Assembly: GCA_016839705.1 (NCBI GenBank)
Contig: JAEOTR010000041.1
Coordinates: forward strand, 1-64,000
Reading direction: 5' to 3'
DNA length: 64,000 nucleotides
Source of the DNA: Promethearchaeota archaeon
GTDB taxonomy: Archaea; Asgardarchaeota; Lokiarchaeia; Sigyniarchaeales; SOKP01
Shown: in pieces, positions 1 through 10,142 of the stretch
Layout of the letters: each line of letters starts with the position of its first letter
Position numbering within the stretch: the first letter of the stretch is position 1
The notes under the pieces: model-generated
Databases searched by the model: none
What the model saw: the letters and a program-made list of their open reading frames with translations, nothing else
What the model was told of the DNA's origin: nothing
Position numbers and translations under genes: made by a program

Positions 1-217
1 AGCGATAGTTATATTAAAAATATGATTTGAAAAATCTAATCATTCAAGATATTTGAAAAATTAATTAAAATGGAAGAATTAAACAGTATTCAATAAGATT
101 CAGACTTTAAAATCCTTTGATACTTTTATTAATTATAAAAAACAAAAATTAGGGAATATTCTTCAAATTCTAAAGTGAAATAGATAGTAAATGTAGAATG
201 GGAAAAATAATAGATTT

Positions 218-3200
218 TTATATTTTTTCTTTTAATTTAAGTCTTGGAGCAAGTCCTAAGCTCATCATTTCTTGCAAAAGTAATTTAAACGCGTAAGAAC
301 AAACAACCTTAGAAATACTCGTGCCTTCTCCACAAACAGGACAGTAGCGTTTATCTCGATTTCGGTCATAGACTGCCAAGAGCCCACATTTTTCACAAAC
401 TAATATAACAGTTCGATCCGATTCATCTAGTAATCTTTCTTTTAATAGTAGGGCTGAGCCATGGCCTACAAGGCAATCTCGCTCCATCTCACCAAACCGT
501 AAGCCTCCTTCTCTTGCTCTTCCTTCTGTTGGTTGTCTAGTTAATATTTGAACTGGTCCACGAGCCCTAGCATGGAGTTTATCTGCCACTAAATGGTATA
601 ATTTTTGATAATATATGGGAGCACAATAAATACCTGCTTCATATTTTTCACCAGTTATGCCGTTATACATAACTTCTCTCCCATTGAATTCAAATCCCGC
701 ACCCACTAATTGCTCTTGGAGTTCCGTAATATCCGTCCATTCAAACGCAGTAGCATCCCCCAATTTTCCATTGACACATGCTATTTTACCACTGATACCC
801 TCAAACAATTGTCCTAGGGTCATCCTTGAGGGCATTGCATGTGGATTGACAATAATATCGGGTATTACACCGGATGAGGTGAATGGCATATCAGATTGTT
901 CCACTACTAATCCAAGGACTCCTTTTTGACCATGACGAGACGAAAACTTATCCCCCAACTCAGGTATCCTTAAATCTCTTACTTTAATTTTAACTAGCTT
1001 ATTCCCATCAACTGTTTCTGAAATTATAACCGTGTCTACAATTCCTTGTTCATTATGTCTCATGTTTTTTGAAGTTTCTCGCCTATTTGGCTGCATAAGC
1101 TCAAATTCTTCATAGGATTTTATAAATCTTGGTGGTGAAGTCCTACCTATTAGAACATCTCCCCCATTTACTTGAGTTTCAGGTTCTATTATTCCATCTT
1201 CTTCAGATAGTAAGCGATAAGATTCGGCGGATTTAAATCCTCTAACTCCTCTCTCAGGAATTTCAAATTTGTCAACTTCTCCTCCTGGATATTTTCTTTC
1301 CTCAGCATCATATGTTCTAAAGAAATGACTACGAGCAAGACCTCTCTCAATTGATGCTTTATTAATAATAATCGCATCTTCTATATTAAAACCTTCAAAG
1401 CTCATCATCCCAATAATGAAATTCTGTCCTGCAGGACGTTTATTAATTCCAATTATCTCCATTGGACTTGTTTTTACAAGTGGTTGTTGAGGATAATGTA
1501 AGGTATGACCTCTGGTATCAAGTCTTAAATGCATATTTGCGGCGAATAATCCTAAAGCTTGCTTTACCATCCCTGCTTCGTAAGTATTTCTTGGTGATTG
1601 GTTATGTTCCGGAAAAGGAATAATTGATGCACAAATTCCAAGAATAGCAGCAGGTGAAGTTTCTAAATGTGTATGCTCTGCTGTCAGATCCTCCTCAAAC
1701 ATGGCTATATATGCGTTCTCTTCTTCCTCTGCATCTAAATATTCAATTACACCCTTTAGGACTAAATCTGACCATCGATATTTATTTTGTTTTAATTTTT
1801 CAATATCATCCTTACCAATCAGTAGTTTTTTGTTTTTTATTACAAAAAGTGGTCTTGTAGCTCTTCCAGCATCACAATTAATTTGAATCTCTTTAGAATC
1901 ATGATAATAACCAATATTTACATGCTGTCCTATTTCTCCTTTTCTTCTTTTTTCTCTAAGTTGTCTTATAAAAGGGTTATATTGTTGATGAACACCAACG
2001 AGTTTTCCGTTTAGAAATATTTTAACTTTATCTCCTTTTACATTTTTAACTTCATTTATAGGGATAACTCCTAAATCGATAAGAATATTTTCAAGTATTC
2101 TTTCATCAGTCCCCACAGAAATTATTGAGGCCAAGCCAAGATTTTTAACTAGACCACAGTTTGGGCCCTCAGGAGTTTCAGCGGGGCAAATTTTTCCCCA
2201 TTGAGTTGGATGAAGATCTCTAGCCTCAAAATGAGGTTGACTACGACTTAATGGAGAGATAACTCTTCTTAAGTGACTTAATGTTCCCACATGGTTATTT
2301 CTATTTAATAATTGACTTACACCTGCCTTACCACCAACCCAATTGCCAGTAGCTAAGGCGTGTCTAATTCTTTCTGTAATTACATCTGCTCTAACTGCGG
2401 TTTTAATGTTTGGTGCTCTACCTCGAACAGCAGTCCTTTCAAGTTGATATTTAATGTCTTTCACAAGATTTAAAAAGGCCACCCTAAATAATGATGTAAA
2501 CAATTCTCCAGCTAATTTCAATCTTTTATTTGCATAGTGATCTTTGTCATCTGGTTCCCGGAATCCTTGGGCAAGTTCCATTACTTTTTGTGCCATCTGT
2601 CCTAAATAATATGCTTTTTTTATCCGGTCTTCTTCTTCATTACCAATATGGGGTAGTAAATATCTATCTAAAACCTGAAGGGCTCTTCTTATACGATAAT
2701 CTTTAGTTTGGCCAATTGCAACTCTTTTTCCGATATAATCAAGGGCATTTTGCTGGGATTTCTCCGGATCTCTGAGTACTTGAATTTCAGAGGCAACATC
2801 TATTACCGGGATCAACTCCTTTTGAATTTCCTCATTTTCGGATATAGCTTCAAATATTTCTCTATCTGAATGTAATCCTAGGGCCCTCATAAGGATAGCT
2901 AAAGGAATTTTCCCAGGAACAGAAGGGAATGAAACTCGTAAGTTACCATCCTTTTTTCTCTCAATAGTTACAGGTGCTCTGAAACCACTCCTAGTTGAAA
3001 ATACTTTTGCTTGATGAGTAGCACTGGAACTTCTACTCGCTTCTTCTGCTAGTATTCTGTTAGGAGCTAAATCTTCTTGGGTAACAAGCACACGTTCTGT
3101 TCCATTTATTATGAAATATCCCCCAGGATCGAGGGGATCCTCGCCCTTGTTAATCAATTCTTGCTCAGATAAACTCTCTAATGGACATCGGCAGCTTTTT

Positions 3201-3589
3201 AGCATTATAGGAATTTTCCCTATATATATATCCAGAGTTTCTTCAGCTTCTTCTCTCTGAGTACGCTCATCTATCGTAATTGGAGTCATTTCTAATGTAA
3301 TATCTGCAGCATAACTTAATTCTCTTATTCTTGCTTCAATAGGGGTAATTTCCATAGTGGCGCCATCGGCTTCCCTCACTTTAGGAATCCCTACGATAAT
3401 TTTGCCAAATTTAATTTTAAACCCAGGAATATCAGGGATCACTTCTCCTGACTCATCAACTATTGCTTGCATTTCATATTCAATGAAACCATTATATGAA
3501 TCTAAATGCTGGCGAACCAGACCTTTTTCATCAAATAAGCTTTTTAACACAATCCATTTATCTTCATTTGATAACTTTTCTGAACTCAA
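218..3589 (-). CDS. rpoB: DNA-directed RNA polymerase subunit B (Rpo2, unsplit)
   Basis: GDKFSSRHGQKG, GGLRFGEMERD and C-terminal Zn finger; 1123 aa; TTG start. Confidence 0.98.
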   Translation of the reverse strand: MSSEKLSNEDKWIVLKSLFDEKGLVRQHLDSYNGFIEYEMQAIVDESGEVIPDIPGFKIKFGKIIVGIPKVREADGATMEITPIEARIRELSYAADITLEMTPITIDERTQREEAEETLDIYIGKIPIMLKSCRCPLESLSEQELINKGEDPLDPGGYFIINGTERVLVTQEDLAPNRILAEEASRSSSATHQAKVFSTRSGFRAPVTIERKKDGNLRVSFPSVPGKIPLAILMRALGLHSDREIFEAISENEEIQKELIPVIDVASEIQVLRDPEKSQQNALDYIGKRVAIGQTKDYRIRRALQVLDRYLLPHIGNEEEDRIKKAYYLGQMAQKVMELAQGFREPDDKDHYANKRLKLAGELFTSLFRVAFLNLVKDIKYQLERTAVRGRAPNIKTAVRADVITERIRHALATGNWVGGKAGVSQLLNRNNHVGTLSHLRRVISPLSRSQPHFEARDLHPTQWGKICPAETPEGPNCGLVKNLGLASIISVGTDERILENILIDLGVIPINEVKNVKGDKVKIFLNGKLVGVHQQYNPFIRQLREKRRKGEIGQHVNIGYYHDSKEIQINCDAGRATRPLFVIKNKKLLIGKDDIEKLKQNKYRWSDLVLKGVIEYLDAEEEENAYIAMFEEDLTAEHTHLETSPAAILGICASIIPFPEHNQSPRNTYEAGMVKQALGLFAANMHLRLDTRGHTLHYPQQPLVKTSPMEIIGINKRPAGQNFIIGMMSFEGFNIEDAIIINKASIERGLARSHFFRTYDAEERKYPGGEVDKFEIPERGVRGFKSAESYRLLSEEDGIIEPETQVNGGDVLIGRTSPPRFIKSYEEFELMQPNRRETSKNMRHNEQGIVDTVIISETVDGNKLVKIKVRDLRIPELGDKFSSRHGQKGVLGLVVEQSDMPFTSSGVIPDIIVNPHAMPSRMTLGQLFEGISGKIACVNGKLGDATAFEWTDITELQEQLVGAGFEFNGREVMYNGITGEKYEAGIYCAPIYYQKLYHLVADKLHARARGPVQILTRQPTEGRAREGGLRFGEMERDCLVGHGSALLLKERLLDESDRTVILVCEKCGLLAVYDRNRDKRYCPVCGEGTSISKVVCSYAFKLLLQEMMSLGLAPRLKLKEKI

Positions 3590-3635
3590 CGTTTATCATT
3601 CCATATATAGTATTAATTTCAATAAAAAAATCATA

Positions 3636-3893
3636 TTATGCTTTTTCCTTTTTTACGTAGCGATAATAATCCACAGATTTAACTGTTGTATGTGAGTCTC
3701 GGATTATTTTTACAATATCTCCTTCTTTTGCTCCGATAGCAATTGCAACAGGATCCTTTTCAAATAACTGAGGTAAATCAGTTACCTCTATTTTATATTT
3801 TTCTAAGAGCTTTAGAGTTTCTTCTTTAGTTAAAAGAAGATGTTGAGGAACAAATTTATGTAATAAGACATCAATTTTTTTCTTCTTAGTCAA
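3636..3893 (-). CDS. rpoH: RNA polymerase subunit H (Rpo5)
   Basis: H-x-x-VPxH, LPxL..DPVA and GDIVKIIR motifs; directly upstream of rpoB. Confidence 0.97.
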   Translation of the reverse strand: MTKKKKIDVLLHKFVPQHLLLTKEETLKLLEKYKIEVTDLPQLFEKDPVAIAIGAKEGDIVKIIRDSHTTVKSVDYYRYVKKEKA

Positions 3894-4001
3894 GGAAAAA
3901 TCCTCTTATAAATCGATTTATAATTAATGAAATCAGACTTTTCTAAAAAATTTTACCATTTTTCACCATTTTCAAATAAGTAGCGAAGATACATTATGTA
4001 T

Positions 4002-4634
4002 TTATTCTTCTTGAAAACAGCGAAAAACCCAATATCCGCTTCTTTTACATATGATGTCAACTTTCTTGCTTGGGAACTCTTTTTTAAGATAATTTAAAAC
4101 AAAAGGTGCCCCCATTTTCTTTTTTATCACAAATTGAAAAGATCCATTTGATTCTAAAAAATTAGGAATTATATGGAGTAAAGTTAAAAACTCTTTTCTT
4201 CCCTGTCGAAGAGGGGGATTCATGAAAATTCCATTAAATTTTAGATTTTTAGCTTTAATAGGTTCAAAATAATTTCCAGAAAAAATACGGATGTTTCTGT
4301 TATTTCGTAAGTTTATTTTAATATTTTCCTTTGTACACCAAATTGCGTGTTTATTAATGTCAATTAAAAATACAAGGCTTTCTGGTGATTCATAGCTTAG
4401 AACTACTCCAATTGGTCCATAACCACACCCTAAATCGAGCAATACGCTTGGCTCCCCAGGAATCACCATATGTTCAATTAAGATTTTCGTACCCAAATCT
4501 ATTTTACGAAAAGAAAAAACCCCTGTCACAGTCTTAAAAATATAAAGATGTCTCCTTAAACTTTCAGAAATTGTGTGGATTTTTACTTTTACATTGGGAA
4601 ATTCACTAGAATAATGTTCATTTCTATTATTCAT
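4002..4634 (-). CDS. Class I SAM-dependent methyltransferase (RsmC/MTS-like)
   Basis: GVFS..IDLGT, LDLGCGYG and NPP motifs. Confidence 0.9.
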   Translation of the reverse strand: MNNRNEHYSSEFPNVKVKIHTISESLRRHLYIFKTVTGVFSFRKIDLGTKILIEHMVIPGEPSVLLDLGCGYGPIGVVLSYESPESLVFLIDINKHAIWCTKENIKINLRNNRNIRIFSGNYFEPIKAKNLKFNGIFMNPPLRQGRKEFLTLLHIIPNFLESNGSFQFVIKKKMGAPFVLNYLKKEFPSKKVDIICKRSGYWVFRCFQEE

Positions 4635-4661
4635 AATATAAAAGAGGTTTGAATAATATCT

Positions 4662-5666
4662 CTATTTATTTTCATTCCATCGAGGGTAGGTACCTCTCTC
4701 CATGAAGACCTTATTTGATTTTACTAGAATTCCTGATTTAGCTTTATACATTTGCATTGCATTCTTTAAGGAAGTACCAAATCCGATTAATTCCTTTTTC
4801 ATCGTCATTAATGCAACCAATAAATTGGGTTTGATTCTAGCATCAATATAACATATACCTGCTGAAGCTAAATCCGCTCCATGGCAAATTGCATCAACTG
4901 CCGTATCTCGAATATAAATTTTTGGTAGATGGGAAACCATTCTTTCCATTGGAAATATGAGCTTTCTCAAGTAATACTCATCATTTTCCATTTGATAAAT
5001 TGTAAAAGCATCTTTTAAATTTTGGAGTGTAATGAGGGTTGTATTTTCAGTAAAATTCCCAACTCTTGTTCTTCTAAGTTCTAACATATGAGCACCTGAA
5101 CAAAGCGCCTCTCCAATATCAAAGCAAAATTTCCTTATATAGGTGCCAGCTTCACAACCAATCCTGAATAACACATGATTATTGTTAACTTCTAGAACTT
5201 GACTATAGTATATTTCTCTAACTCTTAGTCTTCTCGCTACAGATGATACTAAAGGAGGTCTTTGGTATATTTTCCCTGTGAATAATTTAAATATTTTTTC
5301 AATTCGAGATAAATTTTCTGGAGAATGTAAATACAGTACACCAACATACTCCTTTCCAGCATTCAATAATGCTGATAAAGCTCTTGTGGCTCTACCTAGA
5401 GCACAGGGTAAAACACCCGTAACTTTGGGATCTAAGGTCCCTCCATGTCCAGCATTTGCGATTCCTAATATTTTTCGAACCCATGACACAATTTCATGAC
5501 TAGTAGGACCACTTGTTTTATCTAAATTAATTACTCCATATTGTAGTAGTTGGTCAATACTCCTCTTTTCTGGTTCACATCCATAACTTGGATTAGAATT
5601 ATCTTGTGATTTCACTAATAATTGCTCAGGTTCATCAGAAGGTAATTTAAATTGTTTATTTTCCAT
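4662..5666 (-). CDS. cbf5: H/ACA pseudouridine synthase Cbf5
   Basis: GPTSHE, GHGGTLDPKVTG (catalytic Asp), GTYIR and C-terminal PUA domain; uninterrupted. Confidence 0.97.
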   Translation of the reverse strand: MENKQFKLPSDEPEQLLVKSQDNSNPSYGCEPEKRSIDQLLQYGVINLDKTSGPTSHEIVSWVRKILGIANAGHGGTLDPKVTGVLPCALGRATRALSALLNAGKEYVGVLYLHSPENLSRIEKIFKLFTGKIYQRPPLVSSVARRLRVREIYYSQVLEVNNNHVLFRIGCEAGTYIRKFCFDIGEALCSGAHMLELRRTRVGNFTENTTLITLQNLKDAFTIYQMENDEYYLRKLIFPMERMVSHLPKIYIRDTAVDAICHGADLASAGICYIDARIKPNLLVALMTMKKELIGFGTSLKNAMQMYKAKSGILVKSNKVFMERGTYPRWNENK

Positions 5667-5784
5667 ACTAAAAAACAGAGAGAAGAGTTTTTATGCATTA
5701 TAAATTTTGAAATTTCATAAATATTACTCAAAAATGGAATAGTTAGTTATGAGATTGAAAGATCTGAATGATTCCCAGTATTTA

Positions 5785-5888
5785 CGGGCTATAGGGGAAT
5801 TGAACCCCCGACCTTCCTTTTCATGAGAGCTAATCTCATAAATGTCAGGTTAAAAGCCTGCTGCGCTACCTGCCTGCGCCAATAGCCC
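5785..5888 (-). tRNA. tRNA-Lys(UUU) with 30-nt intron (5814-5843) in the variable loop, about position 44/45
   Basis: Acceptor GGGCTAT/ATAGCCC; anticodon arm CAGG-CTTTTAA-CCTG; T arm GGGGG-TTCAATT-CCCCT; removing the hairpin insert gives a 74-nt cloverleaf. Exact junction is less certain because the central helix has one mismatch. Confidence 0.93.
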
Positions 5889-6017
5889 TTACATATATCT
5901 GAGTATAAGTAAAGATTGTACTTACAATAAATCAATTATTATATAAAAATTTTATTGTATGAGGTGTCTCTTCTTTAAATTTTGAATAATTTATTATTAT
6001 CGTAGTTTATTGTAGAC

Positions 6018-7037
6018 CTAATTGCTAAAATGTTTATATCCATTACCTTTTAGTTCGCTTCTTACGTTCTCTTTTAAGATAAATATACTTTCCTCTGAGA
6101 TAACTTTGCCTATTTTAAATAATCTTCCATTTTGTGTTTGGATTGCCTTATTCGCCTTAGAAAATTTATTTGCTGGTATCGTAAAAAGATGAATGTATTC
6201 CTCCCCCGCATTCAATACAAGATCTTCCAATGGAATTTTAAATTCTTGAGAATATAATCTAGCTTCAGATTCAATTAAATTTTCATTAAAGTCGATTTCA
6301 AACCCTAAGTTTGGATTCGATCTCATTAAATCATATAACATTTTTGAAAAACCATCTGAAGAATCTATACTCGAAGTAGCTAGCTGCCTGTCAGATAATA
6401 TTAGTGCTTCAACTCCTGAAATTTTAGGTTCTAAGACGCTCATAATAGATCTTTCATACTTCGGAAAGTCCTCAATCACCCCCCTTCTATTTAAGAGGAT
6501 ATCAAAACCAACGCCAGTTAAACCGAACTTTCCATTAGCGACTACTATATCACCAACTTTAATTCCCCTTCGAAAAATTATGCCTGCTCTTGTTTTTAAT
6601 CCAAATACTGTTGGATTTATGATAAGTTCTTTTGTTTCGTTGATATCTCCCCCAATGTAGTCAATATCAAATTCTAAAGAAGAATCGACCATCCCTTTTA
6701 TTATTCCGATAAATTCCCCTTTCTTTAATTCTTTAGGTAAACCTAAAGATACAATCAATCCCCTTGGTTTGACCCCTTTCACTAGTAAATCACTCAAATT
6801 CATTATAACTGATTTCCGTCCAATCTGATAAAAACTCATTTTGGGTGGTACATCAGTAGTAGAGACAAGCATATCTGAATTCAAAACTAAGAGATTCCCC
6901 ATCCTTTCCTCTTCCAGGTTGAAAAAAAAGGAGTCATCACTCATCAAGTCTTTACCAGTTTTCTTGAAGATGATATCTTCAATAATTTTTATTAAAGCAA
7001 TTTCTCCGAGATCAGCTATCGTAGAATCGTTATTCAT
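6018..7037 (-). CDS. thiL: Thiamine-monophosphate kinase
   Basis: GE..LI, DML, NLSDL, GGD, IDSSDG and GEEY motifs. Confidence 0.92.
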   Translation of the reverse strand: MNNDSTIADLGEIALIKIIEDIIFKKTGKDLMSDDSFFFNLEEERMGNLLVLNSDMLVSTTDVPPKMSFYQIGRKSVIMNLSDLLVKGVKPRGLIVSLGLPKELKKGEFIGIIKGMVDSSLEFDIDYIGGDINETKELIINPTVFGLKTRAGIIFRRGIKVGDIVVANGKFGLTGVGFDILLNRRGVIEDFPKYERSIMSVLEPKISGVEALILSDRQLATSSIDSSDGFSKMLYDLMRSNPNLGFEIDFNENLIESEARLYSQEFKIPLEDLVLNAGEEYIHLFTIPANKFSKANKAIQTQNGRLFKIGKVISEESIFILKENVRSELKGNGYKHFSN

Positions 7038-7258
7038 TAGATTAAATTTACTTAACTTATTTGTGTGTAAAATATAGTAATCACTAATATTTATCCCTAT
7101 TCTGTTTTCAATACGCTATACTTATTTTTTGGTAATATATACTACCTAAAGCACAAATACTAGTATCACGTTTAAAAAGTATTATAACACGTTTTTATGA
7201 AGACAAAAACTTTTGTAGGATCCTTCAATATATTTATTTTAAGTAATAATATTTTTGC

Positions 7259-7359
7259 GCCTCTGTGGCTTAGCGGTAGAGCAACATTTAAATTCACTTT
7301 GACCTAAATGTTAAAGATTCGTAATCTGTGGGCCGGGGGTTCAATTCCCCCCAGAGGCT
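7259..7359 (+). tRNA. tRNA-Thr(CGU) with 29-nt intron (7286-7314) at position 28/29
   Basis: Acceptor GCCTCTG/CAGAGGC; spliced anticodon arm ACAGA-TTCGTAA-TCTGT; BHB-like AGCA/ACA...TGTT/AAA. Confidence 0.94.
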
Positions 7360-7363
7360 TTAA

Positions 7364-8377
7364 TCATACTTCTTCAGTGACAATGTATTTCTTTATGATT
7401 TGTAATGCAAGCATTTTAAAGGCATCATTGATATTCTCACCAGTTTTAGCAGAGGTTTCAATATATGAAAGATTCAGCCTTTTCGCAATCTCTTCGCCTT
7501 CTTCAGTAGATACGACTCGATCTTCAATCAAATCTATTTTATTTCCCACTAAAATCAAAGAAATCATTGGTGAAACACTTTTAATCTCTTTATGCCAATC
7601 ATCTACGCTATCGAAAGTCTCTTTACGAGAAACATCATAAACAAGAATACCCGCTTCCGCATTTGATAAATACGATTGTCTTACACGCTTAAATTGAGCT
7701 TGACCTGCCAAATCCCATATTACAAAACGAACTTTTGAGTCTAATCCCTCAAATCCACATTCTTTCTTCATAATTGAAGTACCAATAGTAGATTTATAAT
7801 CCGTCAGAAAAGAGTTTTCAACAAATCGATGAACCATACTGGTCTTACCTACACCCCCTTCACCACCTAAAATTAATTTATACGCGTATTCTGCCGATTC
7901 AATCTTAATCTTTTGGAGTGTATCTACTTTCCTTTCAATGTTTTGAATGCTTAAATCTTCAATGAGTTTGGGTATTACAGGGCTAACAGTTCTTCCATCA
8001 AATATTCGAGCAATTTTTTCAGCGGCTAAGTATGCATATGGAAAAATAGGATCAACCATTGCAATGGAATCTAAAACAGTAACAAAAATAGCTTCTGGAC
8101 CCGCTTCACAAAAAATAATTCGGTGTTCTTCTGTGTCAAAAGTTCCTGTTCCAAAAGCACCAGAACTAAATTCCTCAGTAATTCTGGTTAGAACAGGTTC
8201 CACTAATGCACTGACACCTCCAATTACATCTTCTTCTATTTCTGTATCAGATTCTCCTTTTAAAGCAGCCATTACCAAACCTTCTCTGTTTACGATAATG
8301 GCTGCCATTAAATTTTTTCCAACTTCCTGCCTATACCACTTAAGCATTGCATCGAGTTTATTTCGATCAACAGACAT
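7364..8377 (-). CDS. Roadblock/LC7 domain fused to a Rab/Ras-like small GTPase
   Basis: N-terminal AAIIVNREGLVMAA roadblock pattern; G-boxes GEGGVGKT, TIG, WDLAGQ, NKID, ETSAK. Confidence 0.9.
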   Translation of the reverse strand: MSVDRNKLDAMLKWYRQEVGKNLMAAIIVNREGLVMAALKGESDTEIEEDVIGGVSALVEPVLTRITEEFSSGAFGTGTFDTEEHRIIFCEAGPEAIFVTVLDSIAMVDPIFPYAYLAAEKIARIFDGRTVSPVIPKLIEDLSIQNIERKVDTLQKIKIESAEYAYKLILGGEGGVGKTSMVHRFVENSFLTDYKSTIGTSIMKKECGFEGLDSKVRFVIWDLAGQAQFKRVRQSYLSNAEAGILVYDVSRKETFDSVDDWHKEIKSVSPMISLILVGNKIDLIEDRVVSTEEGEEIAKRLNLSYIETSAKTGENINDAFKMLALQIIKKYIVTEEV

Positions 8378-8725
8378 GAATTATACAATCTTAATATGAT
8401 GTTTTTAAATAGATCACAAAATGACTAAAATTATTATTTAATATAACACGTCTATCTTAAAAATTTATAGAAAACCAAAATACTATTAAATATTTAGATA
8501 TCATGATTTTCATTTAATTGCAAATGAAATCTTGATAGGTCAAAAAATAACTCGAAAAAAATTAGTTCTTCATATCTTCTCTTCATTGGTTGCCTTACAG
8601 ATAGTTATCTTTTTAAAAACATCGATCAAAGAAAAAAGTGAAGTGAAAAATTGTAAAAATTAATTATATTCTCTTAATTCAATATCTTTAGATAATTAAT
8701 ATCAATATAAAAAATATTAAATTAC

Positions 8726-8840
8726 GCAGGAGTTGCCAAGCCTGGTCTACGGCGCTAGAATATTACGTACGTGTACGATTATGGCGTTACTGAGGCTCTA
8801 GTGACATAGGTCTTCGTGGGTTCGAATCCCACCTCCTGCA
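8726..8840 (+). tRNA. tRNA-Leu(GAG) with 30-nt intron (8759-8788) at position 30/31
   Basis: Acceptor GCAGGAG/CTCCTGC-A; spliced arm CTAGA-CTGAGGC-TCTAG; long variable arm; BHB-like CGCT/AGA...GGCG/TTA. Confidence 0.94.
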
Positions 8841-8942
8841 TACCTAGATCAAATGTTAACATATTGAGTAATATCATACTCAAGATTAATCGGATTTAAT
8901 AATGATCATTAAATACAAAAAATTAATTCATAATAAAATAAT

Positions 8943-10142
8943 GTGATTTCTATTTCGAGTATATTATTAGAAAAAGAATTTGAAACAAAAAAGCATGTAG
9001 AATCATTGGCGTTTAATAGAGCTGCTTCAACTGTAGGAGAAACAAAAGCGATTGATTATATTGAACGAGAATTAAATCTGGAAAATATTGATTCTCATTA
9101 TGAATATTTTCACTGGACTGGGCCTACTAGAATATTAATGAGGATAAGTTATTTAGTAATTATGACCTATCTACTTCTTTCACGTTTGTTTTTACCTATA
9201 ATAGTCTATGCAGTAATAAAAGTTTCTTTTGAAAGAACAAGACAGATGACATTAATAAAAAAAGAATCGTCAAAGAATATTTTTGCCAAAATACCCGCAA
9301 AAGTAGAAGGTACTAAAAGACCCGTGGTTATTTTCTCAGCTCATTATGATTCTATTTCAGCGAATATTTCTTACCGAATTCAAGTTTTAATGTTCTTAAT
9401 ATATAGATTAATTATAGGCTTTTACATATGTGTTATCTTCATACTTTCTATATGGCTTACTCTTGATATATATTCAATATATGGACTCCCTACTGATATA
9501 GTTATACTCATTTCCATTTTATCTTTAATCGGAATAGTAACATCACTCCCAATTCTTTATCTCGTTTTTAATGAAAAACCTTCTTCAAGTTCAATTGATA
9601 ACGCAAGCGGGGTGGCTATATTAATTGAATTAGCAAAATTGTTTAAAAATAACCCACTCGATAAAATCGATTTATACTTTGTGTGGACTGGTGCCGAGGA
9701 ATGGGGTTTAAAAGGTGCAAAAAAATTCTGTTCTGAACATTTTATCCATTTGAATGAGGAGTATGATCTCAATGAGTCTATTAGCATCAATATTGATATG
9801 GTAGGAACATATATTGGACTATTAGATAAAGTTGGGTTACCCTTAAGAAGAAGATTGAATAAAAATTTAAACAATATTTTAGAAGCGACCGCTAACTCAT
9901 TAAACATTCCAATAACTAGATTCAATAAAATAATTGAACCTAAAATGGATCATACAATTTTTAGGAGGTTTGCCAGGAGAGTCAGAAAAAATCTTCAAAT
10001 AGCTTGTTTTCATTCAGATAAAGATTCGAAATATATTCACTCATTAAGAGATACACCTGATAAATGTACGTCTGAAAACCTTAATGGTTGCTTAGCAATT
10101 TGTTACCAAGCCCTTAGATCTATTGATTTAAGGGTTAAATAA
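8943..10142 (+). CDS. Membrane-embedded M28 family metallopeptidase
   Basis: SAHYD, DNASG, GAEE, NIDMVG, DH and YIH Zn-ligand motifs; TM helices. Confidence 0.9.
   Translation: MISISSILLEKEFETKKHVESLAFNRAASTVGETKAIDYIERELNLENIDSHYEYFHWTGPTRILMRISYLVIMTYLLLSRLFLPIIVYAVIKVSFERTRQMTLIKKESSKNIFAKIPAKVEGTKRPVVIFSAHYDSISANISYRIQVLMFLIYRLIIGFYICVIFILSIWLTLDIYSIYGLPTDIVILISILSLIGIVTSLPILYLVFNEKPSSSSIDNASGVAILIELAKLFKNNPLDKIDLYFVWTGAEEWGLKGAKKFCSEHFIHLNEEYDLNESISINIDMVGTYIGLLDKVGLPLRRRLNKNLNNILEATANSLNIPITRFNKIIEPKMDHTIFRRFARRVRKNLQIACFHSDKDSKYIHSLRDTPDKCTSENLNGCLAICYQALRSIDLRVK

Noticed and set aside
657-3695. Short ORFs within or antisense to rpoB, and similar shadows in DP2, rtcB, GH2, hypB, pyrD and others
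   Set aside because: Antisense or alternate-frame shadows of well-supported genes with no motifs
4662-5666. Intron in cbf5, as found in Crenarchaeota
   Set aside because: GHGGTLDPKVTG and the whole frame are continuous
7308-7640. 110-aa plus-strand ORF
   Set aside because: Overlaps tRNA-Thr and is antisense to the GTPase gene
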